Of a stretch of 64,000 nt of DNA, positions 28,550 through 38,346 are shown piece after piece. The translations under genes and the position numbers were made by a program. The DNA is taken from contig CAYQPF010000003.1 of assembly GCA_964419225.1 (NCBI GenBank), positions 37,523 to 101,522 on the forward strand, given 5' to 3'. Below the pieces are notes generated by a model that did no database searches, was not told where the DNA came from, and saw nothing but the letters and a program-made list of their open reading frames with translations. Position 1 is the stretch's first letter, and each line of letters opens with the position of its first letter. This stretch comes from an uncultured Candidatus Cloacimonadota bacterium. Lineage in GTDB: Bacteria > Cloacimonadota > Cloacimonadia > Cloacimonadales > CAYQPF01.

Positions 28550-31500
28550 ATGCCTGATATTGATAAGAATTATGAAAAGTGGAACAATAAATACTCCTGG
28601 TCACAACAGGGAGACGAGTGGTCTTCTGTCTGGGGATCTGTGGAACTGCAGTGGTTTGGCACAATTTTCCCCAGAATTCAGAGTTTTCTACCCGTAGAGA
28701 ACATTCTGGAAATAGCTCCTGGTTTTGGCAGGTGGACAGATTTTCTCAAAGATTACACAAAGACCCTTTCGGCTGTAGATCTCTCCGATAAATGCATCGA
28801 TTTTTGCAACGATAGATTTAAGGACAAGCCAAACTTGAAATTCCATACCAATGACGGCAAATCTCTGGCAATGATTCCGGAAAAATCAGCTGATTTTGTT
28901 TTTTCTTACGATTCTTTGGTTCATGTGGAAATAGATGTCATGGAAGCTTACATTAGTCAGTTAAGCAAGATCATGAAGCCCAATGCTGTTGCCTTTTTAC
29001 ATCACTCAAACCGTGCCGACTATGCTCAAATGGAAGATAATCCGGAATTCCATAATCATTGGCGTGCCCAGTCTGTAAGCCATAAACTTGTCGAACAATT
29101 ATGTGAAAAATATAATTTGTGCTGTATCAGTCAGGAACTGATCAATTGGGGCAATCAGCCTGAATTTGCTATTGACTGTCTGACAGTTTTTACGCCCAAA
29201 GGCTCTATCTGGCAACGCGAAAACAGAGTCTTTCATAATGGTTCTTTCATGCCGGAGGCCAGACAATGGAAACCACTTTCCAATCTTTATGCTTATCCGC
29301 AAAAACATTATGAACCCAAAATTGTTACCTTGGAAAAAGCTCAGCCCCTTGTGTCTATCATTATTCCTGTCTGGAACAAGGTAGAATTAACCAGGCAATG
29401 TCTGGAAGCACTGAAAAAGAATAAGGAGCATACTCCTTATGAAATAATCGTTGTTGATAATCATTCTACTGATGCTACTGCTTCTTATTTAGACACTTTG
29501 AAAGATGAGATCAAAGTAATCGCCAATCCGGAAAATCTGGGTTTTGCCAAAGCCTGTAATCAAGGAGCCAAAGAAGCGACTGGTAAGTATCTGGTCTTTT
29601 TAAATAATGACACCATTCCTCTATCCGGTTGGCTTGATAAGCTGGTTTCTTCCATAGAAGAAATTCCTCAGCTTGGAGTTGTCGGTTGTAAACTGCTCTA
29701 TGCAGATAACTCAATTCAACACTGCGGTGTGGTTATGCGAAGAGACAGAAAAGCCTTCAAACATAATTATAAATTCTTTGAGGCGGAAAATGATATTGTG
29801 AGCTGTTCAGGTTATCGGGATGCAGTTACAGCTGCCTGTTTTTTAACACCCAGAAATCTGTTTCTTGAGCTCGGTATGTTTGATGAAAAATTTCTCAATG
29901 GTTGTGAAGATATAGATTACTGCTGTTCTGTCAGACAAAATGGTTATAAAATTTATTATCAGGCTGAATCGGTATTGTATCATTTAGAGAGTCAAACTCC
30001 CCGGGAAGTAAAAGCTGATGATGCTAATTTTGCTTTGTATCTCAAGAAATGGGGTGGTTATGCTCTGAATACTGAAATGGAAGTATATGCAAAGGATGGG
30101 TTTTGGCAGAAACAAGGGAACAAATATTTACCCTTACCGAATCCATATATGACTAACTGGGCGGTTGAATTTAACCAACTTTCCAATGATCCGCAAAATC
30201 CTGAATACATACGCCTTAAAAAACTTTTCAAGCATCTTTACACTGTCGATTCCTGGATCGATGATTCTCTGCCGATACCCCGACCTGAAGATGATAAAAC
30301 AATCAGTTTCAACTCAAAGAAAAAGGAAGAAAGTCCTCAACCAGCACCAGTAAAGGTGATCGATCCCAAAGAAATTGTCCGTCCTGTTAACAAAAAGATC
30401 CCCAAAATTCTCTTTGTTTGCCATGATTTCCCTCCGTATCGTTATGCCGGTGCACAGATCTATGCCAAAAATTTGGCTCAAGCCATTAACAAATCCGGTC
30501 TGGCTCAAGTTGATATCTTACACCCGGTATTCCGAACTATTGACAAGGAACTTGGTTCTATTGAAGAAAAATCTTTTGAAGGGTTGCGTATTTTTGAGTT
30601 AACCAAATTACTGCAAAAGCGGGATCCTGAGTGTATTAAAAGTCCTGTAGTAGAAAAGGCTTTTGATAAATTCCTCACTGATAATCACTATGATGTTATC
30701 CACTTTCACGGACTTGGTCAGCTTTCAGCAGTTCCTGTCGAAGTAGCCAAAAAACACAATATAAAAACAGTGATGACCCTGCACGATTATTGGTTTCTAT
30801 GTGAAGAATGGCACATGATTTATCCGGATCAAAATATCTGTTCTGGTCCTGAATCGGTGGAAAAATGTGCAGAATGTTTGTTAAAATTCTTTATTGCTCC
30901 TGAACAGGTTAATAGTTTAAGGAAGGCTGCTGTTCAATACAAATCAGACAGAAGGCAATACTTATTAGATGCCTTCAATATGATTGATATTAAGATTGCT
31001 CCCAGCAAATATTTAAAACAAAGATTTGAAGAATTTGGATTCAAAAACATCAAAGTTGTTCCACTAGGGTTTAATCTGGTAGAGCCAGTGCCATCTCCAG
31101 CCCATCAGAAAATTATTTTTGGTTATGCAGGGCAAATCATTGCCAGAAAGGGAGTCAATCTGCTTATTGATGCCTTTAAACATCTTTCTTCTGATAATAT
31201 TGAACTTCATATCTATGGCAAAACAGGTAAAACTGTTTTTGCTGAAGGTTTTTTTGAAGCTATTAAGAACGTGGCAAATATTCATTATTTTGGCGAATAT
31301 ACACCTGATCAGCTGCCGAAGATCTTCTCTACCTTTGATATTGCAGTTATTCCCTCCCTCATGGAAAACTATCCTCTTCTGGTTCAGGAAGCATTTATGT
31401 TTAAAAAACCTGTAATTGCCAGTTCTGCCGGTGGTATTCCTGAAGCAGTTATCGAAGATGTAAATGGCTTACTTTTCACACCAAACAATGTCTTAGAACT

Positions 31501-34500
31501 TCATAAACGGATGCTGGATATTTGTAAGAATCCGCAAATAATTTCCAAACTGACTCAAAATATTCCTTTAGTTCGCGAATTATCCATAGATGTCAGAGAT
31601 TATCTGGATATTTACTCCGGATCAGAGAGTATTGTTGAGACCAAAAAGCTTACTGTTCAATTCTATGTTTTTAAGAATGTGCATTGGCCTATGTTCGAAA
31701 ATCTCTACGAATACCTGACAACACGAAGCGATGTTAAAGATATAATTGTTTGTATTCCGAATGTACAGTCTATAACAAATGATATCGATGATTATCTGAT
31801 TGATAAAATAAGTGCCCTCCCGGTTACTTTGACCCACAATCCCCGACAGTATAAAGTCGATATCACCTTCATAGCAGATACGATTGCCGGTAAAGTAAAA
31901 GATGCCGGATATATCGTAAATGTAGGGCATGGTACGATTTCAAAGGGGTATTATTTTACCGATAGTATTTGGACCGAACGGGAAAACTGGGCGGATTTAC
32001 TCTGCGTCCCGGGTGAATATGCAGGTCAGCAATTTAAAAATATCCTCAGAACCAGAGTTGTTCCTACAGGTATGCCCAAACTGGATAATGTCTTTTCCGG
32101 CAAGTATAATAAAGCCTATTTATGTGATCTTCTGAAACTTGATCCAACAAAGAAAATTGTTCTCTATGCACCTACTTTTAACATTGATCTGAGCAGTATT
32201 TTCAATTTCAAAGAGAGATTTATGGAATTTGATAGTCTTGATTACTATACTTTGATCAAATTGCATGGTTCGACTTTGCCATATTTAGGTGAAAATTATA
32301 AACAAATTGCCTCTTCCTCAAAAAATATTATTTATATAGAAGATGCTAATCTGGCCCCGTATATTGGAGGAGCAGATATCATGATCTCTGATGTCTCTTC
32401 GGCTTTTATGGAATTTATGGCCTGCAATAAACCGGTTATTCTCTATAACAATCCCAATGTTCAGAAATATCATGGTTATAATCCTGAGGATATCGAGTAT
32501 GCCTGGCGTGATTTGGGGACTCAGGTCGGAAGTTTTGATGAATGTAAATACGCTTTGCAGCAGTTACTTGTGACAGGTGATGACAATAAATCAACTCTAC
32601 GACAGAACTATGCACATCAGCTATTTTCCGATCTTGCAGGTAATGCCTCTGCCAATGTTTGGAATGCCGTTACAAGTCTTTTCAAAGACAATGCCCTAAA
32701 ATCAGAAATCCCGGTTTTGTCCATTCACCTTCATCTCGATAACAATGAGTTTCTTATTCGTGATCAATTATACCATATTCAATTTTACAGCGTAATGCCT
32801 ATTGATTTGATCCTCACAGTCAACAATAACAACTGTTCTAAAGAATTCCTGCAGTCTATAGAAAAATTCCACGAATTCTACAGACTTCAAATAGTACAAA
32901 GACCCAATCTGGATTATCGAAATGCCTGCAATTTGGCAATCGAGCAAGCTTTGGGTGAATATATTATAATTTTAAACGAAGGCAGCAGGATTTTCAAGAA
33001 CTTTGATTATATTACCTACAAATCCTTCTTACTGAATAATGATCTTTCCATCTTTACAGGATTAACGAACTTGGCTAATACTACAAATAACTATGAAAAA
33101 TATGCCAAACTACCCGAAGATGGCTCTTTTGCCCGCTTAAGTTTGCTCGTTTTCACTGAGTACAAATGTCAAAAATTAGTTCAGTATGATTCTTCAATAT
33201 TACCTGATTTTGTTGCTCTAAAGAGAAGTGTCTTAGTTAAGAATGACGATTATTATTCAACAATTGTAAAACATGTTTCATCTGACAAAATGAAAATCAA
33301 CCTTTCAATTGCTTGTCAGTCACTCACAAAAGAAGAGATTTCTTATCTGAAAACCCTGTGGAACTACCAGTATAAATTGAGTGAAATTGACCTGAAAAAC
33401 TATCTGCAGAATATGCTCAAAGCTATTGAATTATATCACTTTACAGATTTTATATCCTTGTTGATTCTGACTCTGAACAAGACTAATATGTTTAATGGAA
33501 AGGAACTGATCGATTTGGCATATCAAAGTCTCTTCCAACGTTACTATGATGTGCAGTACAAGCAAACATTAATCAAGCTTTTCCCTCCATTTAAACCAAA
33601 ACTCTCCAAGCAGTTAGCGATCATTGAAAAACTTGATTCCGGCGAAAAACAATCTTTAGTACAACCTGTGATCCAACCAAAGACCCAAACTGCCCAGCAA
33701 CCTTTTAAAACAGCGAAGAAACGTGTTATGCTGTATTACTTCAAAAATGTACATATCCCCATCTTTGCCAATCTGCTTGAGGAAGTCAGGAAACAGCCTT
33801 GGGATGTGGCCATAGGTGTTATGCCTTATGCTCCGGAAATGCGGGCAGGTTTTACACCCGAAGAACTGGAAATCATCAAATCTTACGGTCTGCCTTTGTA
33901 CTTCCAGCCACAGGAATTTCAGCCGGATGTCACTCTGATCGCTGATTCTGTTTATCCCTGGGTACAGAACTGCGGTAAGCTGGTACACATCGGGCATGGT
34001 GTGCTCTGTAAAGGGCAGTACTATACAAAAACTCAAACTGCATTGAGAGAGAACTCGGCAGATGTGGTCTGCGTGCCTGGTGACTACCATGCTTCCCTCA
34101 TGAGGCAAATTCTTACCAAACCTGTCATTGCGACTGGCATGTCCAAACTCGATCCTCTTTTCTCAGGACAGTTGAAAAGAGATGAAATTCTGCAGGATTT
34201 TGGTCTTCCTTTGGACTTTAAGTACATCCTCTTTGCCCCTACTTTCAATGATGAACTGTCCTCCATTCCTTTCACAATGAACAGGATCACAGATGTGATA
34301 CCTGATGATAAAACTATCCTCTTAATCAAACTCCACGGTTCAACCAAGCAGGAATATAAGGATATGTATGCCGGACTGCCGGCAGTCGATCCACGCGTAG
34401 TCTATATTGATCTCCTGGATATCACACCCTTCCTGGCTGTTGCAGACTTAATGATCTCAGATGTCTCTTCTGCAATGATGGAATTTGCTGCTCTGGCCAA

Positions 34501-34759
34501 GCCAATTGTCCTCTTTAATAACCCGAATTGGAAATCCTATACCAACTACAATCCTTCTGATATCGAATTCACTCTCAGGAATATCGGATCTCAGGTAAAT
34601 TCACTGGCAGAGATTGTATCAGCAGTTAAAGACATCTTTGCAGGGAATGATCCTTATAAAGATGACCGTAAAAACATTTCCGACGCTATGTTCGCCAATA
34701 AATATGACGGCAAAGCTACGCAAAAAATACTCAATATTGTAGAAGAATTAATCAAATAA
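28550..34759 (+). CDS. Giant multidomain protein: MTase-GT2-GT4-TagF-like-(degenerate GT2)-TagF-like
   Basis: LEIAPGFGRW (MTase); SIIIPVWN/FLNNDT (GT2); TLHDYW...ENYPLLVQEA (GT4); two repeats of GHG...GM[P/S]KLD...APTFN...KLHGS...MISDVSSA (CDP-glycerol phosphotransferase-like). Confidence 0.85.
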   Translation: MPDIDKNYEKWNNKYSWSQQGDEWSSVWGSVELQWFGTIFPRIQSFLPVENILEIAPGFGRWTDFLKDYTKTLSAVDLSDKCIDFCNDRFKDKPNLKFHTNDGKSLAMIPEKSADFVFSYDSLVHVEIDVMEAYISQLSKIMKPNAVAFLHHSNRADYAQMEDNPEFHNHWRAQSVSHKLVEQLCEKYNLCCISQELINWGNQPEFAIDCLTVFTPKGSIWQRENRVFHNGSFMPEARQWKPLSNLYAYPQKHYEPKIVTLEKAQPLVSIIIPVWNKVELTRQCLEALKKNKEHTPYEIIVVDNHSTDATASYLDTLKDEIKVIANPENLGFAKACNQGAKEATGKYLVFLNNDTIPLSGWLDKLVSSIEEIPQLGVVGCKLLYADNSIQHCGVVMRRDRKAFKHNYKFFEAENDIVSCSGYRDAVTAACFLTPRNLFLELGMFDEKFLNGCEDIDYCCSVRQNGYKIYYQAESVLYHLESQTPREVKADDANFALYLKKWGGYALNTEMEVYAKDGFWQKQGNKYLPLPNPYMTNWAVEFNQLSNDPQNPEYIRLKKLFKHLYTVDSWIDDSLPIPRPEDDKTISFNSKKKEESPQPAPVKVIDPKEIVRPVNKKIPKILFVCHDFPPYRYAGAQIYAKNLAQAINKSGLAQVDILHPVFRTIDKELGSIEEKSFEGLRIFELTKLLQKRDPECIKSPVVEKAFDKFLTDNHYDVIHFHGLGQLSAVPVEVAKKHNIKTVMTLHDYWFLCEEWHMIYPDQNICSGPESVEKCAECLLKFFIAPEQVNSLRKAAVQYKSDRRQYLLDAFNMIDIKIAPSKYLKQRFEEFGFKNIKVVPLGFNLVEPVPSPAHQKIIFGYAGQIIARKGVNLLIDAFKHLSSDNIELHIYGKTGKTVFAEGFFEAIKNVANIHYFGEYTPDQLPKIFSTFDIAVIPSLMENYPLLVQEAFMFKKPVIASSAGGIPEAVIEDVNGLLFTPNNVLELHKRMLDICKNPQIISKLTQNIPLVRELSIDVRDYLDIYSGSESIVETKKLTVQFYVFKNVHWPMFENLYEYLTTRSDVKDIIVCIPNVQSITNDIDDYLIDKISALPVTLTHNPRQYKVDITFIADTIAGKVKDAGYIVNVGHGTISKGYYFTDSIWTERENWADLLCVPGEYAGQQFKNILRTRVVPTGMPKLDNVFSGKYNKAYLCDLLKLDPTKKIVLYAPTFNIDLSSIFNFKERFMEFDSLDYYTLIKLHGSTLPYLGENYKQIASSSKNIIYIEDANLAPYIGGADIMISDVSSAFMEFMACNKPVILYNNPNVQKYHGYNPEDIEYAWRDLGTQVGSFDECKYALQQLLVTGDDNKSTLRQNYAHQLFSDLAGNASANVWNAVTSLFKDNALKSEIPVLSIHLHLDNNEFLIRDQLYHIQFYSVMPIDLILTVNNNNCSKEFLQSIEKFHEFYRLQIVQRPNLDYRNACNLAIEQALGEYIIILNEGSRIFKNFDYITYKSFLLNNDLSIFTGLTNLANTTNNYEKYAKLPEDGSFARLSLLVFTEYKCQKLVQYDSSILPDFVALKRSVLVKNDDYYSTIVKHVSSDKMKINLSIACQSLTKEEISYLKTLWNYQYKLSEIDLKNYLQNMLKAIELYHFTDFISLLILTLNKTNMFNGKELIDLAYQSLFQRYYDVQYKQTLIKLFPPFKPKLSKQLAIIEKLDSGEKQSLVQPVIQPKTQTAQQPFKTAKKRVMLYYFKNVHIPIFANLLEEVRKQPWDVAIGVMPYAPEMRAGFTPEELEIIKSYGLPLYFQPQEFQPDVTLIADSVYPWVQNCGKLVHIGHGVLCKGQYYTKTQTALRENSADVVCVPGDYHASLMRQILTKPVIATGMSKLDPLFSGQLKRDEILQDFGLPLDFKYILFAPTFNDELSSIPFTMNRITDVIPDDKTILLIKLHGSTKQEYKDMYAGLPAVDPRVVYIDLLDITPFLAVADLMISDVSSAMMEFAALAKPIVLFNNPNWKSYTNYNPSDIEFTLRNIGSQVNSLAEIVSAVKDIFAGNDPYKDDRKNISDAMFANKYDGKATQKILNIVEELIK

Positions 34760-34786
34760 TTTTCTCAGTAACTCCTAAGATGAATG

Positions 34787-34820
34787 AAAGGACAGGCCAA
34801 ACGGTCTGTCCTTTTTTTTT
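34787..34820 (+). terminator. Rho-independent terminator ending the glycan locus
   Basis: AAAGGACAGGCC-aaac-GGTCTGTCCTTT hairpin running into a T9 tract. Confidence 0.9.
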
Positions 34821-34975
34821 GAGAAAATATTATTACTTGACTCACTATAGCAGAATCAATTTTAAGTAAGATATATTGTGTCAAATTAAGTGGTTGTTAG
34901 TTTCTAATCTGTAAGCAGTTTATAAGTTAGAAACATTAGTCTATAAAAATTCCGATATCCGGGTAAGTATAAAGT

Positions 34976-36583
34976 ATGGATGTATTAACCCCTGAGCAAA
35001 GAAAAAAGAATATGCGGGCAATAAAGAGTAAGAATACTCTTATTGAAGAATTATTAGCAAAAGCTCTGTGGCAAATTGGGTTAAAATATCGCAGGAATAA
35101 TGCTGGTATATTAGGAAAACCGGATTTTACTTTCAGAAAGCAAAAGATTGCTATTTTCTGCGATAGTGAGTTTTTCCATGGTAAAGACTGGGATATGAAT
35201 AAGAACAGGATTAAAACTAATACTGACTTTTGGCATAAAAAAATTGAAGGAAATATTCGAAGAGATCTTTTTGTTAATGAGAACCTGCAAAAATCAGGGT
35301 GGAGAGTCATCCGTTTTTGGGGTAAAGACATAAAGGCAAATCTTGATGAGTGTGTAAGGATAATATTAGTGGAATTAAAGGGAAAAATGATAAATTATTC
35401 TGAAATAAGAAAGTTGTTAAAAATTGAACCGGAAAAAGAGAAAGATGATAGTCTGGCTAATTTTACGCACTATTTGCAGACCCAAAACTCTGAAATCGAG
35501 AGTTATTACCAATCTAAAGCAGTTGATTATGTTGATCAAATGCAAATTAGTAAAGATTCTGTATGTGAACTTAATTTCCAACCATATCTTCCCATAAAAT
35601 GGGATATCCCTTTTCCTGTTGTTGACAAACCCCTGTTTACCTTCATAGATTTATTTGCAGGGATAGGCGGAATCAGGCTGGCATTTCAAAGACAAAAAGG
35701 GAAATGTGTATTTTCCTCGGAATGGGATAAATTTGCCAAGAAGACCTATGAAGCAAATTTTGGAGAAGTACCTTTTGGAGACATAACGAAGATCACTGAA
35801 GATGATATACCAGAGCATGATATTTTATTAGCCGGATTTCCATGTCAGCCGTTTTCTATTGCAGGTGTCTCTAAAAAGAATAGTTTGGGCAAGAGTCATG
35901 GATTTTTAGATGAAACTCAGGGAACTTTGTTTTTTGATGTGGCAAGAATAATAAAAAACAAACGTCCAAAAGCATTTATGTTAGAAAATGTTAAAAACCT
36001 CCTATCTCATGATAAAGGTAAAACTTTTTTTATAATCAATAAAACTTTGGAAGAATTAAACTATTCAGTTAAATATAAAATATTAGACGGGAAAGCATTT
36101 GTTCCTCAACACAGGGAGCGAATAATTATTGTCGGATTTGATAAAAATGTCTTTAAAGAACAGGAAAAGTTCCAATTCCCTGAAATGGTAACATCAGAGC
36201 ATTCCATTAGAAAGATTCTTGAAGACAGCCCTGATGTCAAATATACTCTGACTGATAAGCTGTGGAATTACTTACAAAACTACGCAATAAAGCACAAAGC
36301 AAAAGGTAATGGCTTTGGTTTTGGGCTTACTGATATCAACGGGATTTCACGAACACTCAGTGCCAGATATTATAAAGACGGGTCAGAAATACTAATTCCC
36401 CAAGCTGATAAAAATCCCCGAAGACTAACTCCCAGAGAGTGTGCAAGACTTATGGGATATCCGGATACTTTTCTGATTCCTGTTTCTGATAATCAGGCAT
36501 ATCGACAGTTTGGAAACTCTGTTATTGTACCCTTAATTGAAAGTGTGGCAAAAAATATAGTAAAGGAACTTCTTTATGAATGA
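34976..36583 (+). CDS. dcm: Vsr very-short-patch endonuclease (aa 1-137) in frame with a C5 DNA methyltransferase of Dcm/M.EcoRII type (internal ATG 35387)
   Basis: Vsr: [40 protein letters not shown]. MTase: [46 protein letters not shown]. Confidence 0.9.
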   Translation: MDVLTPEQRKKNMRAIKSKNTLIEELLAKALWQIGLKYRRNNAGILGKPDFTFRKQKIAIFCDSEFFHGKDWDMNKNRIKTNTDFWHKKIEGNIRRDLFVNENLQKSGWRVIRFWGKDIKANLDECVRIILVELKGKMINYSEIRKLLKIEPEKEKDDSLANFTHYLQTQNSEIESYYQSKAVDYVDQMQISKDSVCELNFQPYLPIKWDIPFPVVDKPLFTFIDLFAGIGGIRLAFQRQKGKCVFSSEWDKFAKKTYEANFGEVPFGDITKITEDDIPEHDILLAGFPCQPFSIAGVSKKNSLGKSHGFLDETQGTLFFDVARIIKNKRPKAFMLENVKNLLSHDKGKTFFIINKTLEELNYSVKYKILDGKAFVPQHRERIIIVGFDKNVFKEQEKFQFPEMVTSEHSIRKILEDSPDVKYTLTDKLWNYLQNYAIKHKAKGNGFGFGLTDINGISRTLSARYYKDGSEILIPQADKNPRRLTPRECARLMGYPDTFLIPVSDNQAYRQFGNSVIVPLIESVAKNIVKELLYE

Positions 36584-37751
36584 TATTTTAAACTTTGCGA
36601 TAGACTCTGTGACAAAGAGTCGAACAGCTTTCTGTAAATTTATCTCCGCAAATGATGCAGGGAAAACGGGCGGACATCAAGAAGGATTTTACATTCCCAA
36701 AAACTCCATACAACTAATGTTTGATACACCAGGTGTAAAAGGAGAAAACAAAGAAAAGTTAATTACCATTAAATGGCAAAATAATTTCGAGACTTCCAGC
36801 CGTTTCATATACTACGGTAAGGGCACAAGAAATGAATATCGCTTAACAAGATTTGGCAGAGGGTTTCCCTTTCTCACTGATGAAAATGTCGGAGATCTTC
36901 TTGTATTATGTCAAATTGATGACTACTTTTACGAAGGATATATCCTGCAAACAGATGATGATATTGAATCTTTCTTTTCAGCCTTTAACATTAACTCCGG
37001 ATTAACAAACAAGCTAATAGAAAAAACAGAAAGTATAAATTACGAAGATGAGCTCATGAAGTGTTTCCAAAAATATATTGCTACTCTTCAGGTTAAGTTC
37101 CCTTTGACGATTGATTTAGCAGGTAATTCCAGAAATTGTTATAATAAAGTATTCCATATAAATTCGTCAGATATATTAAAGAACCCCGATAAATGTTTAT
37201 TACACTGGCTTGATTCGGAATATAAGTTGTTTAAATGTATTGAACAAAGCAGATATAGTGAATTACTTGTATCTCCTTTTCAAAGTGTTGAACAACTAAT
37301 TGAATGTGCCAACAGCATTTTGAACAGAAGAAAAAGCAGAGCCGGCAAATCCTTGGAACATCATTTATCAGAAATATTTAATTGTTTCCAATTAAAATAT
37401 GAAACTCAAGTGATTACGGAAGAGCAAAAAAGACCAGATTTTATATTTCCCGGATCAAAGCAGTATAAAGATTTAAAATTCAATCAGGATAATTTAATAT
37501 TCCTGGCATCTAAAACTACATGCAAGGACAGATGGAGACAAATACTCAACGAAGCAGACAGGATTAAGTTTAAGCACTTGTTCACATTACAACAAGGGAT
37601 ATCTACTAATCAGTTAGCAGAGATGGATAAGTCTAATGTAGTATTAGTTGTTCCAAAAGAATACAAACACTCATTTCCTGTTGCTTACCATAACAGAATT
37701 CAAACACTGGAAAGCTTTATTGAAGTAGTTAAGAGCAAACAGACAGATTGA
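36576..37751 (+). CDS. EcoRII-like type IIE restriction endonuclease (probable CCWGG specificity)
   Basis: N-domain [15 protein letters not shown] and NEYRLTRFG; catalytic [36 protein letters not shown]. Confidence 0.9.
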   Translation: MNDILNFAIDSVTKSRTAFCKFISANDAGKTGGHQEGFYIPKNSIQLMFDTPGVKGENKEKLITIKWQNNFETSSRFIYYGKGTRNEYRLTRFGRGFPFLTDENVGDLLVLCQIDDYFYEGYILQTDDDIESFFSAFNINSGLTNKLIEKTESINYEDELMKCFQKYIATLQVKFPLTIDLAGNSRNCYNKVFHINSSDILKNPDKCLLHWLDSEYKLFKCIEQSRYSELLVSPFQSVEQLIECANSILNRRKSRAGKSLEHHLSEIFNCFQLKYETQVITEEQKRPDFIFPGSKQYKDLKFNQDNLIFLASKTTCKDRWRQILNEADRIKFKHLFTLQQGISTNQLAEMDKSNVVLVVPKEYKHSFPVAYHNRIQTLESFIEVVKSKQTD

Positions 37752-37820
37752 TTTTAAGTTTCAGACAGATTTGCCAAATTCACTTAAAAACGCCATGAAC
37801 ACCAAGGATGAAGAGGGGGA

Positions 37821-38257
37821 GCGAAGCAGTTGAGAGTTGAAAGTTGAGAGTTGAGAGTTGGAGAGTCACGAGTCATGAGTCAACTAAAACCTGATACCTG
37901 CCTACTTGCACTTTAATATTTGCCTAGGGTTTCAATAATTTCCCCTTTCTCACATTAATAATTAATAATTGATAATTGATAATTAAATACTGCCTGCGGG
38001 TTTCAATGATTTCAAATACCAAGGATTAAGCAGAAAACATCCACTTTAAGGAATTATTTGCATTGATATTCAGGATTAAAAGGATGAGTGAGAAAAGTTG
38101 AGAGTTGATGAAACACATTATATTTGCTGCGTTAATAATTGCATGTTCCCTTTAGCTCCTTACTAGCTCCTTACTAGACCCCTACTTCTTGCCTGCGGGT
38201 TACAACAATTTCTCCTTTCTCACATTAATAATTAATAATTGATAATTAATAATTAAA
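37821..38257. repeat. Intergenic repeat mosaic
   Basis: GCGAAGC + (AGTTGAG)x5 at 37821-37863; ~67-bp direct repeat at 37921-37987 and 38190-38257 ending in (ATAATT[A/G])n; partial third copy at 37991; 11-mer (TAGCTCCTTAC)x3 at 38153-38185. Confidence 0.85.
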
Positions 38258-38280
38258 TTACCCATTCTTTCCTTGACTAA

Positions 38281-38296
38281 TGGAACATATCTTGCA
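38281..38296 (+). promoter_or_regulatory. Putative sigma54 promoter of the ABC exporter operon
   Basis: TGGAACATATCTTGCA (GG-N10-GC), ~50 nt upstream of ATG 38347. Confidence 0.55.
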
Positions 38297-38346
38297 CATT
38301 AGAGATTGTTAATATTTAAGTTATCATTAATGTTTAGAGGGAATTT

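Noticed and set aside
36576-37751. CCWGG avoidance as evidence of long-term RM residence
   Set aside because: CCAGG/CCTGG sites are easy to find across the window (for example 1822 and 2551); depletion cannot be claimed without counting.
37821-38257. Possible CRISPR array
   Set aside because: Only 2-3 degenerate low-complexity copies, irregular spacing, no unique equal-length spacers and no cas genes.
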